Assembly: GCA_001244265.2 (NCBI GenBank) | Contig: CDLV01000009.1 | Location: 1,054,001-1,118,000 of the forward strand | Direction of reading: 5' to 3' | From: Microbotryum violaceum | Lineage: Eukaryota | DNA: 64,000 bases | In this document: one piece after another, positions 1 to 10,725 of the stretch | How the letters are laid out: each line of letters opens with the position of its first letter | Numbering within the stretch: position 1 is the first letter of the stretch | Made by a program: the position numbers and the translations under genes | The notes under the pieces: model-generated | The model's input: only the letters and a program-made list of their open reading frames with translations | What the model was told of the DNA's origin: nothing | Databases searched by the model: none

Positions 1-75
1 CAGCGGGAAAGTTGTAGCTGATAGGCAGCAGTGATGCGAGGGTTTAGATTACAACAAGTAGATCCCCAAGAATTC

Positions 76-2122
76 CTACAATCTGGCCTTTTGTGCTATG
101 GCCTGTCGTTTCTCCCACTCGGCCTTCAGCTTGGGTTTCAGCTCCGTCTTTAGCGTTTTGCCCGTCGCGTTCCTCGGCATGTCCTTCCAGAACAGAATCA
201 TCTCCGGTACGCAGTGCTTAGGTAATTTTGCGCCGACAACTTTTCGTAGTTCGGCTTCGTCGACTTGGCCTCGGTGTTTGGAGTGCAGGACGACGACGGC
301 CACGACGGCTTCGCCGAGTTTCTCGTGTGGGACTGCAACGACTGCAGCATCCTTGACTCGATCGTCGGAATAGAGCGCATTCTCAACGTGGATCGAGGCG
401 ATGTTTTCTCCTCCTCGGATAATCTGTCGTGAGGTCACAGCGATCAACCACCACATTGCCACTAGGGAGATCGCTTCACTCTCTCGCGGGGACTCACAAT
501 GTCCTTAGCCCGATCCGAAACGTACAAATACCCTTCCTCATCGACATGCCCCATATCCCCACTCTTGAACCACCCATCTTCCGTAAACGCCTCCTTGGTC
601 GCCTTCTCATTCCTATAATACCCTTCGGCGATATTCGGCCCATGGATGCAAATCTCACCCGTCTTGCCGGTCGGCAATTCCTCGTACGTCGCAGGATCAA
701 TTATCTTCAACCTCGTCACCGGGGTCGGTAGACCACATGACGTCGGTCGTTTCACGTATTCTTCCCCCGCGACAGAAGTGGCGACCGAATTTGTTTCGGT
801 CAATCCAAACCCTTGACCCGCGGGAACTTCACCGATCGATTTCTTGACCATCTCAGGCAACCTCGAGCTCGCGGGTCCACCACCGAAACTGAGGGCTTCG
901 AGGGCATGGCTCTGTCTTGAAAGACGGTCGACGATCTCGAGGACCATGTGAGGAACTCCGCCGGCAAGGGTCACGCGTTCGCGAATGATCAACTCGGATG
1001 CCTTTTCGGCACTGTACTTGTGCATCATGACGACCTTGCCTCCCATTGCGGTCATGAGCGTCAGGAACGAATGCGCGCCAATGACGTGGAACAAGGGGAC
1101 CGAAAGCAGGACGGCTTTCTGAGCGTTAGGATCGGGGACGGGGAGACTGAGCCCCTTCATAAGTGTTGCTCGAGCACCGGCGACACTGGTGTTGAGTCGG
1201 TTCGAGAGGAACTGTCGATTCGTTGCGAGAACTCCCTTGGGTTTCGAGGTCGTACCCGACGTAAAGTAGATGGTCGCGTTGTCTTCGGGTGCGATCGAAA
1301 CCTTGGGCATCTGCTTGTCCGAACATCCAGCGAGGGCTTGATCCATCGATTCCATTCCTTTGGGTAAGCTCTTGCTTGGTCGAGCGACCAAGATGGTCGA
1401 ACAACCCAACCGAGCCAATTCTTCCTGTTGCTCAGCCAACTTAGTCACCCTCTCTTGATCAAGCACGAGCAACTTGCACTCGACCATCTGGAAACAATGC
1501 ATCAACACGTCCAACGTCCCCCACGCGTTGACCGCCGAGATGAGGGCACCGATCGAAGCCGCGGCCCAGAAGGAGAAGATGAATTCGGGCAAGTTGCGAG
1601 CGCAGATCGCGACGCGGTCCCCCTTTCGAACGCCGCGCGAGTGGAACAGCGCTGCGAGCGCCGCGACGCGAGTGTGCGCCTCGGCGTAGGTGTACGACTC
1701 GTTATCGTACACGATGTACTTGCGTGAACCAAACGGGGTCTGTTGGGAGAGGCCATCCGAATGGGCGTCAGTGATCTACCGCGCGGCACGGTGGTCACAG
1801 AGGGACGGCGAGACGTACTTTGGTCGCTAACCAGAACTCGCGCATGGAGCTGGGCAATTGCTTGTACACTGGGTAGGTTCGACCCTTGATGGTCTTTTCT
1901 TCAGTTTCCCATGGCCTGAATTGACACAAGAGGTGGCAGGTGGTCAGCTTATTCTCAGAGACGACGCTGCAACCCTCGACAGCCGCCCGACTCGGAGCTC
2001 ACGTGGGGAGCGGAGTTTCGCGAGGGTCGCTTTGCGGAGAGGAGTCGTAGCAAGCGTGGTGCTCACATTCCGGGACCGGTCATAATCTCCATCGCTTCTT
2101 GAATCGTTCTTGTTTTCGCCAT
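76..2122 (-). CDS. AMP-dependent acyl-CoA synthetase/ligase (long-chain fatty acid-CoA ligase-like), spliced, probably peroxisomal
   Basis: ANL-family motifs YFTSGTTSKPKG, GFGLTET, GWFKSGD, DRAKD|IIRGGENI and PRNATGK. ATG at 2122 (MAKTRTIQEAMEIMTGPG). C-terminus ARL* is a PTS1-like tripeptide. Confidence 0.92.
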
Positions 2123-2629
2123 GGTGGTAAATGCTTTGGTGGTGTTTGAAGTGAGGCGGTGGGGTGGTGCCAGAAGCCGACCCCCGCGGCGAGGATCACG
2201 CTGGCCCTGGGGTCGAGTTCTACCGGGCCGGCGAGAGAGCCGAATGCCGATGTGAGCGGAGATTTGAAGGTGAGATTGCGCCAAGCAAGCCCCGAAAGAA
2301 CCGGAGGTCAAAACGTTGATTCAGCCTCAGGTTTGCAGACTCCGACGAGTAGTCTGTGTTTGATCTGCGCCTTGAAGTGCTAGGTCTGCTTCGGCTAAAT
2401 CTAGTACCTGATTGACCCCTGAGGACTTCGGTTCAGTTGTTCGGCCGGCTACCGAAGGCAATTCCGGATCCTCGGCTCGGGATCTGGCTCGGCGGGCAGG
2501 TCACATGACCTCGGGTCACGATCTGACGGCTGCTATCGGCTGCCACGGCTTGCCGGCCCACAGGTCGGCGCCATCTCAGGCTCTTCGTTTTGCTCTTCCC
2601 ACACCTCGCCGCACCCGCACCCGCGCAAC

Positions 2630-4142
2630 ATGTCCACACTAATTACCCGAATCCGACCCAGTTTAGCACGTGGCACCGTGCCGTCGTATCGCACCACGCT
2701 TGTGTCCCGACTGCCAGCATCATGGCACGCCTATTCGACCGCTCCCAACCCCGACGCCGAGGCAACCCTAAACAAGAAGGACGACGGCATCGCACTTCTG
2801 ACACTGAATAGACCCAAGGCCAAGAATGCGCTGTCGATGCAGTTACTTGCGGATATGCGGTCGGCAATTGACGAGATTCGCTTCGACGGGTTCGTGGTTC
2901 CCCACATATCGCATCTCACACGCGTCGACTAGCGGCTCATTCACCCCATAACCTGGATACTGATCTGTATACTTGCTTGAGACACAGTAAAACACGCACC
3001 CTGATCCTCAACTCATCCTCAAGCGGCATCTTCTGCGCCGGTGCCGATCTCAAACAGCGCAAATCCATGACCCAAACCCAAATCGCTCGCTTCCTGCACG
3101 ACCTGCGCTGCATGCTCAGCGAGTTGTCATCCTTGCCTTGTCCGGTGATTGCGGCTTTGGATGGGGCGGCTTTGGGTGGAGGTTTGGAGTTGGCGTTGGC
3201 GGCGGATTTGAGGGTCGCCAGTCAGTCCTTTCCGAGGCGGTACGGCCAGCCCCCCACATAACCGCCGTCGGGAACTGATGTGTTCTTCGATCCTGCACCC
3301 ACAGGTCATCAAGCAACGAAGATCGGCCTGCCTGAAACACGTTTGGCTATTATCCCTGGGTACGCACCTCTTGCTGGACGAAGTTTCCGAGCAGAGAGAG
3401 CTAATCTCTTCGGTTTACATTTCTCTGCCTGCTCGCGCCGCCTACAGCGCCGGTGGAACCCAACGACTTTCGAGATTGATCGGATTATCCAACGCAAAGA
3501 AGTTGATTTTCACCGCTCGAGCTCTGAACGCACAACAAGCTCTGGACATGGGTAAGATCGTGCCCCTCATTCGTTCTTGCCTTCCGAGCTTCGAGCTGAA
3601 TTTTCCCGCGGGTGACAAACTCAGGCATCGTCAACTATCTCGCGAACGAGGGGCAAACAGCGACTGAGAAAGCTGAAGAAGTGGCCAAAGAAATCTTGAA
3701 AGCTGGTCAGTTGAGACCTGGATGCTGATAGCCTCTTGAGCTTGCGATGTTTTGCGATCTAGATTCTGATTCGAAAAACTTTCATCCGCTTTCACTTCTC
3801 AGGACCTCTCGCCATCCGCGCAGCAAAGTTGGCCATCGATGTGGGGTCGGGCTTGGATCTGTAAGTGGTCCCTATGATACAATTCTTCAATCTTCCATCT
3901 TTCACGAACCACTATCACTGACTACCCCACCGCTACCCAACTACGCAGCGAGGCTGGCCTCGATTTTGAAGCGACGGCCTACAAAACAATCTTGACCAGT
4001 ACGGACCGAGTCGAAGGCCTCAAGGCGTGAGTTTGTACAGCCTTATCGCGCTTGGCTCTTCAAGTAACTGACTAAAGCTCGCTGCGGTTTACGGTCTCGC
4101 AGATTTGCGGAGAAGAGAGTACCGGTGTACAAGGGCGAATAG
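2630..4142 (+). CDS. Crotonase-family enoyl-CoA hydratase, methylglutaconyl-CoA hydratase (AUH)-like, multi-exon, likely mitochondrial
   Basis: GIALLTLNRPKAKNALS, FCAGADLK, PVIAALDGAALGGGLELALAADLRVA, KIGLPETRLAIIPG|AGGTQRLSRLIG; ends FAEKRVPVYKGE*. N-terminus is Arg/Ser-rich like a presequence. Divergent from the ligase gene. Confidence 0.9.
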
Positions 4143-4995
4143 ATGGCCCCCGTGTTTGAATTTGCAATCTATGCAAGCAAGGATCTTGGAACACAGAAAC
4201 CACGAGGAACCAGCCTCGAGATACCATAAACTGAGAATCATCCCCTCAGAAGTTCTCCTTGGAAGGTGTGAAGTGACGGAAATGGGCAAGGACGCTCAGC
4301 CGAAGGCAATGAAAGGATCTCGGACTCACGTTGCCCCAGTGGAACTTGACCCCTCTTTCACCGGGCTGCGTATACGTGTTGCACAATTGGTGAAGAGTCG
4401 CGCCGAGAGGCCCCCGCTGTGACCATCCAGTGTATCCGCTGGTCAATCGACGGCTTGCGTGTTTCGAAGTCATGTTTGAAGAGCAACTGACCCCGCAAAA
4501 GTTGAAGACCTCGAGTGCTAGGCTGTCTCCGTCGACGGATGCGTCGCGGCGATCGACCGCAAGGTAGAAAAGAGGCTGGAATGACCAGCATTCCGTGATA
4601 TGAAAGGAAAGCAAGGGAGAAGGCGAAGGCCCGTCAAATCGAGCTGGAGGACTGGCGTGAAGGGAGGAAAGGTGCGCAGTGCGCTCACTGCAGTGACTCG
4701 GAGCTAGTACTAGCTATGTAGTACTAATAGCTCACAAGCTTCGGAAAAAAGTGCGCAGATAGAGCAAGCCCACATTGCATATTTTATCTTATGGTATCAT
4801 TAACGCAAGACTCTAGAGTGAATGCACGCCATGCAACCATCACGAACTTCAAGTTGCTGTGATCTTCCGAGTCCTCGGCGGCCACGTGACTGGTCGCTTT
4901 CACTTCGCGATTGCATCAGCGCCGCCGTGTCTTGACCGAGCGAACATTGGACCGAGCCTTCACCTCGCATCAAACAGCGGACAATCATCTGAACC

Positions 4996-5920
4996 ATGTC
5001 AACGTCCAACCTACAAGCCTCGACAAGCACCAGCACCAGCCCCTACGCCTCGACCGCGGCCCAGACCCTTGCAGCAGCACCATTGGACCCGTTGACCGCC
5101 CCCTCAGTGCCAATCCTCCACGCCTTACCATCCAACATCGCCGTCTATCGATGCGCGACATGTTCGGCCGAGTTGACGGTCCAGGACGAACTCGTTTCGA
5201 GGGCATTCTCGGGAAGTACTGGGCCGGCTTATCTCGTGAGGACGACGTGAGTCATCGCGTGCGGTCTTATGATGTGGGGGAGGTGCCATGGGGACGTCGC
5301 GGTCTGGCGACTCGATGACCCCGGCCTCGCTCGCCGGAAGAGCGCCCCGGAAGCCTGCGTGTCCCAGAATTGATCCAGACAGAACTACGCCCGACCTTCG
5401 CAGCATCAACACCTACTTGGGCCCGAAGGCGACGAAGCAGCTGCTCACGGGCAAGCACGTCGTATCGCGTGAGCTCACCACTTTTAACTACTCGATCATG
5501 TGTCTGCCCGACCAAGAGCTCATCAAGTCGAATTCCATCACTCGCCACCAGCACTTTATTGTAGAGGATGTCAAAGCGAACTCGGATGGACCTATGTCGG
5601 TGCCGATCCCTGAACATCACCTCGAAATTTGGAGCAGATAGTGGGGCTGACAGGTCACCTGACCTCGACCATTTCCAGCACGTCGCACCGGATAGGACAC
5701 AAAAGTACAAGGAGCACAAATCGATACTCGAAGCGGTACACATATTCAGTGTATCTGAGAAATATCGAGTGCAGTCGAACTCGGGCTGATCTGATTCTTC
5801 CTAACGGCTTCTCAGACCAGGATATACAAAGTGAGTTGAGCCAGTCTACCACATTCGCACCCGCTCACTCTGACACTTGCTCATTTAATTTAATTTCAGG
5901 ACAACAAATGGTCAACCTGA
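4996..5920 (+). CDS. Yippee/Moh1-family zinc-binding protein (6 exons)
   Basis: Spliced model: ...YRCATCSAELTVQDELVSRAFSGSTGPAYLVRT|INTYLGPKATKQLLTGKHVVS|LYCRGCQSELGWTY|HVAPDRTQKYKEHKSILEA|TRIYK|DNKWST*. Has two CxxC pairs and the QKYKE motif. Confidence 0.9.
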
Positions 5921-6189
5921 AAAGTTTACTGCGTCGGCCACACTAGTTGTCACCAGAGGCCGAGCGTAAATCCAAAGTCCGAGCCTACACCCGACCGGGA
6001 GTGCGCTGCCGAGCCTACTGACCAACCTAGTGCGTCAGGCACCGTGGACTTGGTCCGCAAGACATTGCCTTCGAGGAACCGAAGAAATCGATAATGCCCG
6101 ACAACCGTCAAGAAGAATTTGCACCGAGGGACTCGGAACCGATCCATCGAACTACCCATCCACGGTGCCAGTGAAGAACCCTTCTCCCA

Positions 6190-8380
6190 CTGAATACATT
6201 TTCTTACAATGCGACGCGTTGACAGTTGATACGGCTGCTTGTGTGACTTACGGTGAAGATTGGTAGAACGCGCTGCCGGTATGCCATCACTCGAGAAAAT
6301 TGACAGGAGCAGAGTTGGGTTATCCTGTGCACGAAATTGAGCTCCTTGCGATCTTTGAAGGTTTCCAGAAGCTTCATAACATTTTTCTGGGCCGCAAGGT
6401 GATCATGATTACTGACAATGAGTCGTTAGCGTCATTTCTGACGGCGAGACAGATGAACGAGCGCCAAGCAAGGGTACACAACTTTGTATCCCAGTTCGAT
6501 TTGTTATCCAATACATCGACGGCTACTGGAACAAAGTCCCCGACATGTTCTCTCGCCAGTACGAGGACAACACCGTTAGCAACTCGTATGAGGACCCGAA
6601 TCTTGACGATCTCGACACGGAACATGATCGTGACGATTACTTGCTACTAGGACCTCGACTGCAGTCCATGCAGGCAGGACTCCTTCGACGCAGTAGCCGT
6701 CTCGCACAGCCGAAACAATCTGAACAAACCAAGACACCAGCAGTGGAGAAAACTGCGAAGGCAAAGGCTGCCGGTACACGAATGCGCAACAGCAAGCTGC
6801 ACTCAATGCCGATCCCGGCAGGACCTCCGCAGACGATCGCCGCTGACTTTCAAAGCCCACTTGTGAAAGCGGAACGGCGAGGAAAGGAAGTTGATCTACT
6901 GTGCAACTGGATCGACACTTTCTCTGGAAAAGTCATATCCGTGCCTTGGGAACAGACGATTACCGCGAAGGGATGCGCGGAAATGGGTTTTCAATTTGTG
7001 GTGGGGAATACCTACTCAGATCGTATTTCACCGCGACCCTCGATGGACGTCAGGTTTGAAGGGCTTGGCACTACGCTATTACTTAGCACGAGTTTTCATC
7101 CGCAAACGTCCGAGCGCATTGAACGGATGCACCGAGACCTGGACGCGATGCTGAGGCAGATCGTGAGCCGAAGAACCGACGAACTGGCCTGATCAACTAC
7201 CATTCGTGGTACTATGATATAGAAAAGCGGTCGCTCAAAGATGATATGAAAGATAAGGGGAAAAGATGGGACTGAGACCAAAGGCGAGGGAGACGAGAGA
7301 GCGTCCGGAACGGCCGGGAAACAGAGAAGGGGGAAGGAGCAGAAACGAGAAACGAGAAACGAGACCGAGTACGAGAACGAGAACGAAACGCTGAGACTGA
7401 ATACTGGAGACGACGCCGAAGGAGGTTTAAAACACGCAGAAAGTGAGAGCCGGGCCAGATTCTGTATTGGATCGTGGAAGTTGTCTAGCTAAAAATAAGA
7501 AGCAAACTCTCCTCAAACGTTCCGACCATTCAAACCGCTGCGCTCCTTTCATTTCCCTTCACCCCTTGATCTGCACATCCGGCCCGGTCTTCCATTCAAA
7601 TCCTGCCACATAGTTCGTCGCTGACAGTCAATCCTTGAGTCTTCGAAGTGCTGAGCTCACCCGGGGCCGCTTTCTCGCTGAGAAATTTGCCGAAACCGAT
7701 GTTTTGATCCTGCCCGAACCGGTGGTGACCTTGACAATTTGAAAGGACTCCGTTTAAAGTTATAACTCGGCCCCGCTACAACCGAAACGACTCCTGAACC
7801 CGGCCCGCTACAGCTGCTGCTTCCGACGGGATCCCGAGCACCACAGTACACGCCTCTACGAAGACCGCGTCGACAGGGTACTCGCCCTACCAGCTAGCTC
7901 GAGTTGTAGCACCGAAGAACGTGCCCGGCTGGGCACGGGCCCCCGACGGCACCACCGCCGGCGACTTTGATTGAGCGAGCGGTGCAGAGACGCAGGCAAC
8001 AATGTCTTAAAGGCACATGGTGACCAAGCCGCCATTGCCAACCGCAAGCAAAAAACCGACAAAGACCCTCAGAGGGCGATAAGAGAATTCTTTCTACTGC
8101 GCACAGCGAACTTCGCATGCGCACTGCCGGACCGATCACGCAAGTGGACGGCCCCTTGGGCTGGCCTATTCGAATTTGTGAATTTCACTCCTGCCACCTC
8201 GACGTACACGCTGAAGCTCACTCCACGTAACGCATTACGACGGATTCACCCCCGCTTTTATGCGAGCGAGTGAGCAAGTGGGTCGCCACCAACGAAGGTC
8301 GATTCCCCAACCGCCTTTACAATCCCAAGCCGCTTTTTCCCATCGACGGCGTGACGATGACCTCAACGGAGAATCACACG
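6190..8380 (+). mobile_element. Degenerate Ty3/gypsy LTR retrotransposon pol fragment (RNase H and integrase)
   Basis: RNase H: IFLQCDA...PVCHHSRKLTGAELGYPVHEIELLAI...ITDNESL. Integrase: KLHSMPIP..QTIAADF, LSTSFHPQTSERIERMHRDL, NWPDQLPFVV, ASTGYSPYQL, KWTAPWAGLF, IHPRFYAS. Contains stops and frameshifts; no RT or HHCC region visible. Confidence 0.9.
7215..7855. mobile_element. ~640-bp insertion nested in the integrase (LTR-like or non-autonomous element)
   Basis: Integrase reads NWPDQLPFVVL up to 7214 and resumes with TKTASTGYSPYQL at ~7858. The sequence between starts TG and is purine-rich with GAGAAAC-type repeats. Confidence 0.65.
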
Positions 8381-8800
8381 ACACGGCACCCCACAAAGAG
8401 ACGCAGGAGGACCAAGGGATGGAGGTCGACAAGGACATCGATCTTATCGACTATGAACTTGAGAACCACTTCCAAATCCCAGAACCGCGAGACACCTCCG
8501 TGTTGACGCTGGGCTCTGCAGAGGACTACGTGCAGTGGAAACAGAGGAGGAGGTGGCCACTCCCACAAGACTCGGAGACCCCTCACCCGACCTCGGCCAA
8601 CCGGTCTCTACGACCAGCCAACGGGTTACCCACACCAAAGGCAACAGTCAATCCCCTTTGTTGACCGAACAAAAAACCCATGACGACTAGGCGGTACTTC
8701 AACGTCTTTAAAAAGGACGACTCACCCCAGCCAAAACCGGCAAAGGATAACACAACCGCCTGCTCCACGAATCAAGTTCCTCGACAACATCGCGCGTAAC

Positions 8801-9346
8801 GGCACTGGTCTCCGTTATCATGTCAGGTACACCTGCGACAAAAACAACGCGGAGATACCTTACCATCTACGGACACTCGAGTCCGCGACTTCTTGTGGGG
8901 CGCTTCAAGACCACAATGTGTACACCACTCCCCTAAACGGATGTTTAGGCATTCACTGGCGGCCAACGAGAGATCAGTCTACACATCCTTCGTGAGACAG
9001 ACCGAAGAACTCAGCCATGACACGTTTGTGCTTTCCATGTGGCGAGGAGTCGTTGTTTGTCGCGTATTTCCCTTCGCTTGCATCGAAAGTGCCCTTCGTC
9101 CTTAAGGCGTTGCGTCTCGAAGGACCTTTCGTTGGACGCCATGTGAAGGTCTAACCATCGGTTTAGGGGAGTGGTGTAAACGTTGTGGTAAGCGTCCTAA
9201 AAGTCGCGGACGAGAACGGTGTCCGTAGACGGTAAGGCTTTTTTTGGTTTTTTTGTCGTCGGTATACCTGATATGATAAAGGAGAGCAATGCTGTTAGGA
9301 CGAAGATGACTGTCGATGCAATCGAAGGCAAGTACGCGACAAAAAC
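8801..9346. repeat. Complex imperfect inverted (fold-back) repeat
   Basis: 8801-8975 is reverse-complementary to 9123-9293 (TACACCACTCCCCTAAAC 8921-8938 vs GTTTAGGGGAGTGGTGTA 9161-9178, perfect). 9055-9102 is reverse-complementary to 9297-9346. Confidence 0.85.
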
Positions 9347-10725
9347 CGTTAAAAAAGAAAGAGAAGGAGTGGTCGCAAGTATGTCGTAATTGGTAGCCGA
9401 ACAGTTCTTAGGAAACTGTGGAGCAATATAGAACCTTAAATTGCAAAAGCTTCATTTCACAGATGGAGGAAGATCGGATTACTTGGCCGCGACGAAACTC
9501 GCGACCGCGAAACTTGACCTCGAACGACGCGAACTCCTGTGCTAGTCAAAGGACAGGAGTCGACCCTACTACTAGACGAGAATCCAACAGAATTGGTTTT
9601 GGGAAGGAGGATGTGAGGTCCGAGCGGCCTCGCACGCACAAACTCAAGCACTGAACCTGGCCGAAACCCGCCAACTTAACCGAATACTGGACATCAATAT
9701 TAGCCGGTTCCCCCTTTTTGCAGTGTGTAGTTCGGTCTCAGTCCTCTCTCTCGCTTAGAGGATCACATTGATTCCAACCGATCCTAAACCAACGAAACAC
9801 CGTCTTCAATACCGCTCGAGTGAACAACGATTACACGAACGATCGGCGCAGTACTCGCGATCCTTCTGCAGTGTAAGGCCACCGGGCCTCCGGCCCCCTA
9901 CTAGTATTGTACGCGTGGGTCCAAAATCAGTGCCAGAATATCCCGTGGAATTTACTCGTGTTGACTGTGTTAAGTCTGCGGGACAGATGTGCGGCGCCGT
10001 GACGCTTTAAATTGACGTGCTTTTTTGATTTTCGTTGTTACTGATTGAACCGCTTCTCGGGATTCACGCGAACGACGCGCATGCTCGGAGAGCCCCGAGC
10101 GGGACCAAGCCAGAGCTGCACAGCTGCTGTGCAGAGCTAGGCCTCTGCGCACGGCTGCCTCCTCTGCTGCTGGCAGTGGGTCTCCTTTGTCAGTGTCACG
10201 CTCAAGCGACCAAATCGACCTTCAGCGCCAACGCGAGGCTGGACCCCTTGCACCTGCCTAGACTCGTCTCTGGTCTGGTTCCGCTTCCTGGTCATTGTCG
10301 TCGTCGTCATCGCTGGCGCCGTCCCCGTCACGGTTGTCACTCGGACTCGCAAGTCGCGCGATTGGTGTTCGCTCAACGTTCAACCTTGGGCCGTGTGTAA
10401 CTAGCTCAAGAAGGCCCGACTCGACAAAAACTTGAAATTGACGACGCCCAGTCTTTCTCGGTCAATATACCTTTCGTCAAAACGGTTGCCTTCAGTGATA
10501 GGCAGTCGTCATCCAACTCCGAGTCGTTCATTAGCGGGCCGCGGGCAGCTCGCAGCTCGTCACCCGTCGCCCCCGTCGCGTCCGGCTCGCTGGTCTCGTG
10601 TCTCTCGCGTTGCTCGTCGTAGTCGTGGTCGTGGTCGTGGGGTCGTCTGATCGTCTTCAGGGCTTCCAAGCAGTCGCACCGCCTCGACCTAGAGACATTC
10701 ATATCAAATTGATTCAGCATCCAAC

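Noticed and set aside
4143-4700. Possible gene from short ORFs between the hydratase and Yippee genes (similarly 19138-19770)
   Set aside because: No recognisable motifs or consistent exon model; cannot be supported from the sequence alone.
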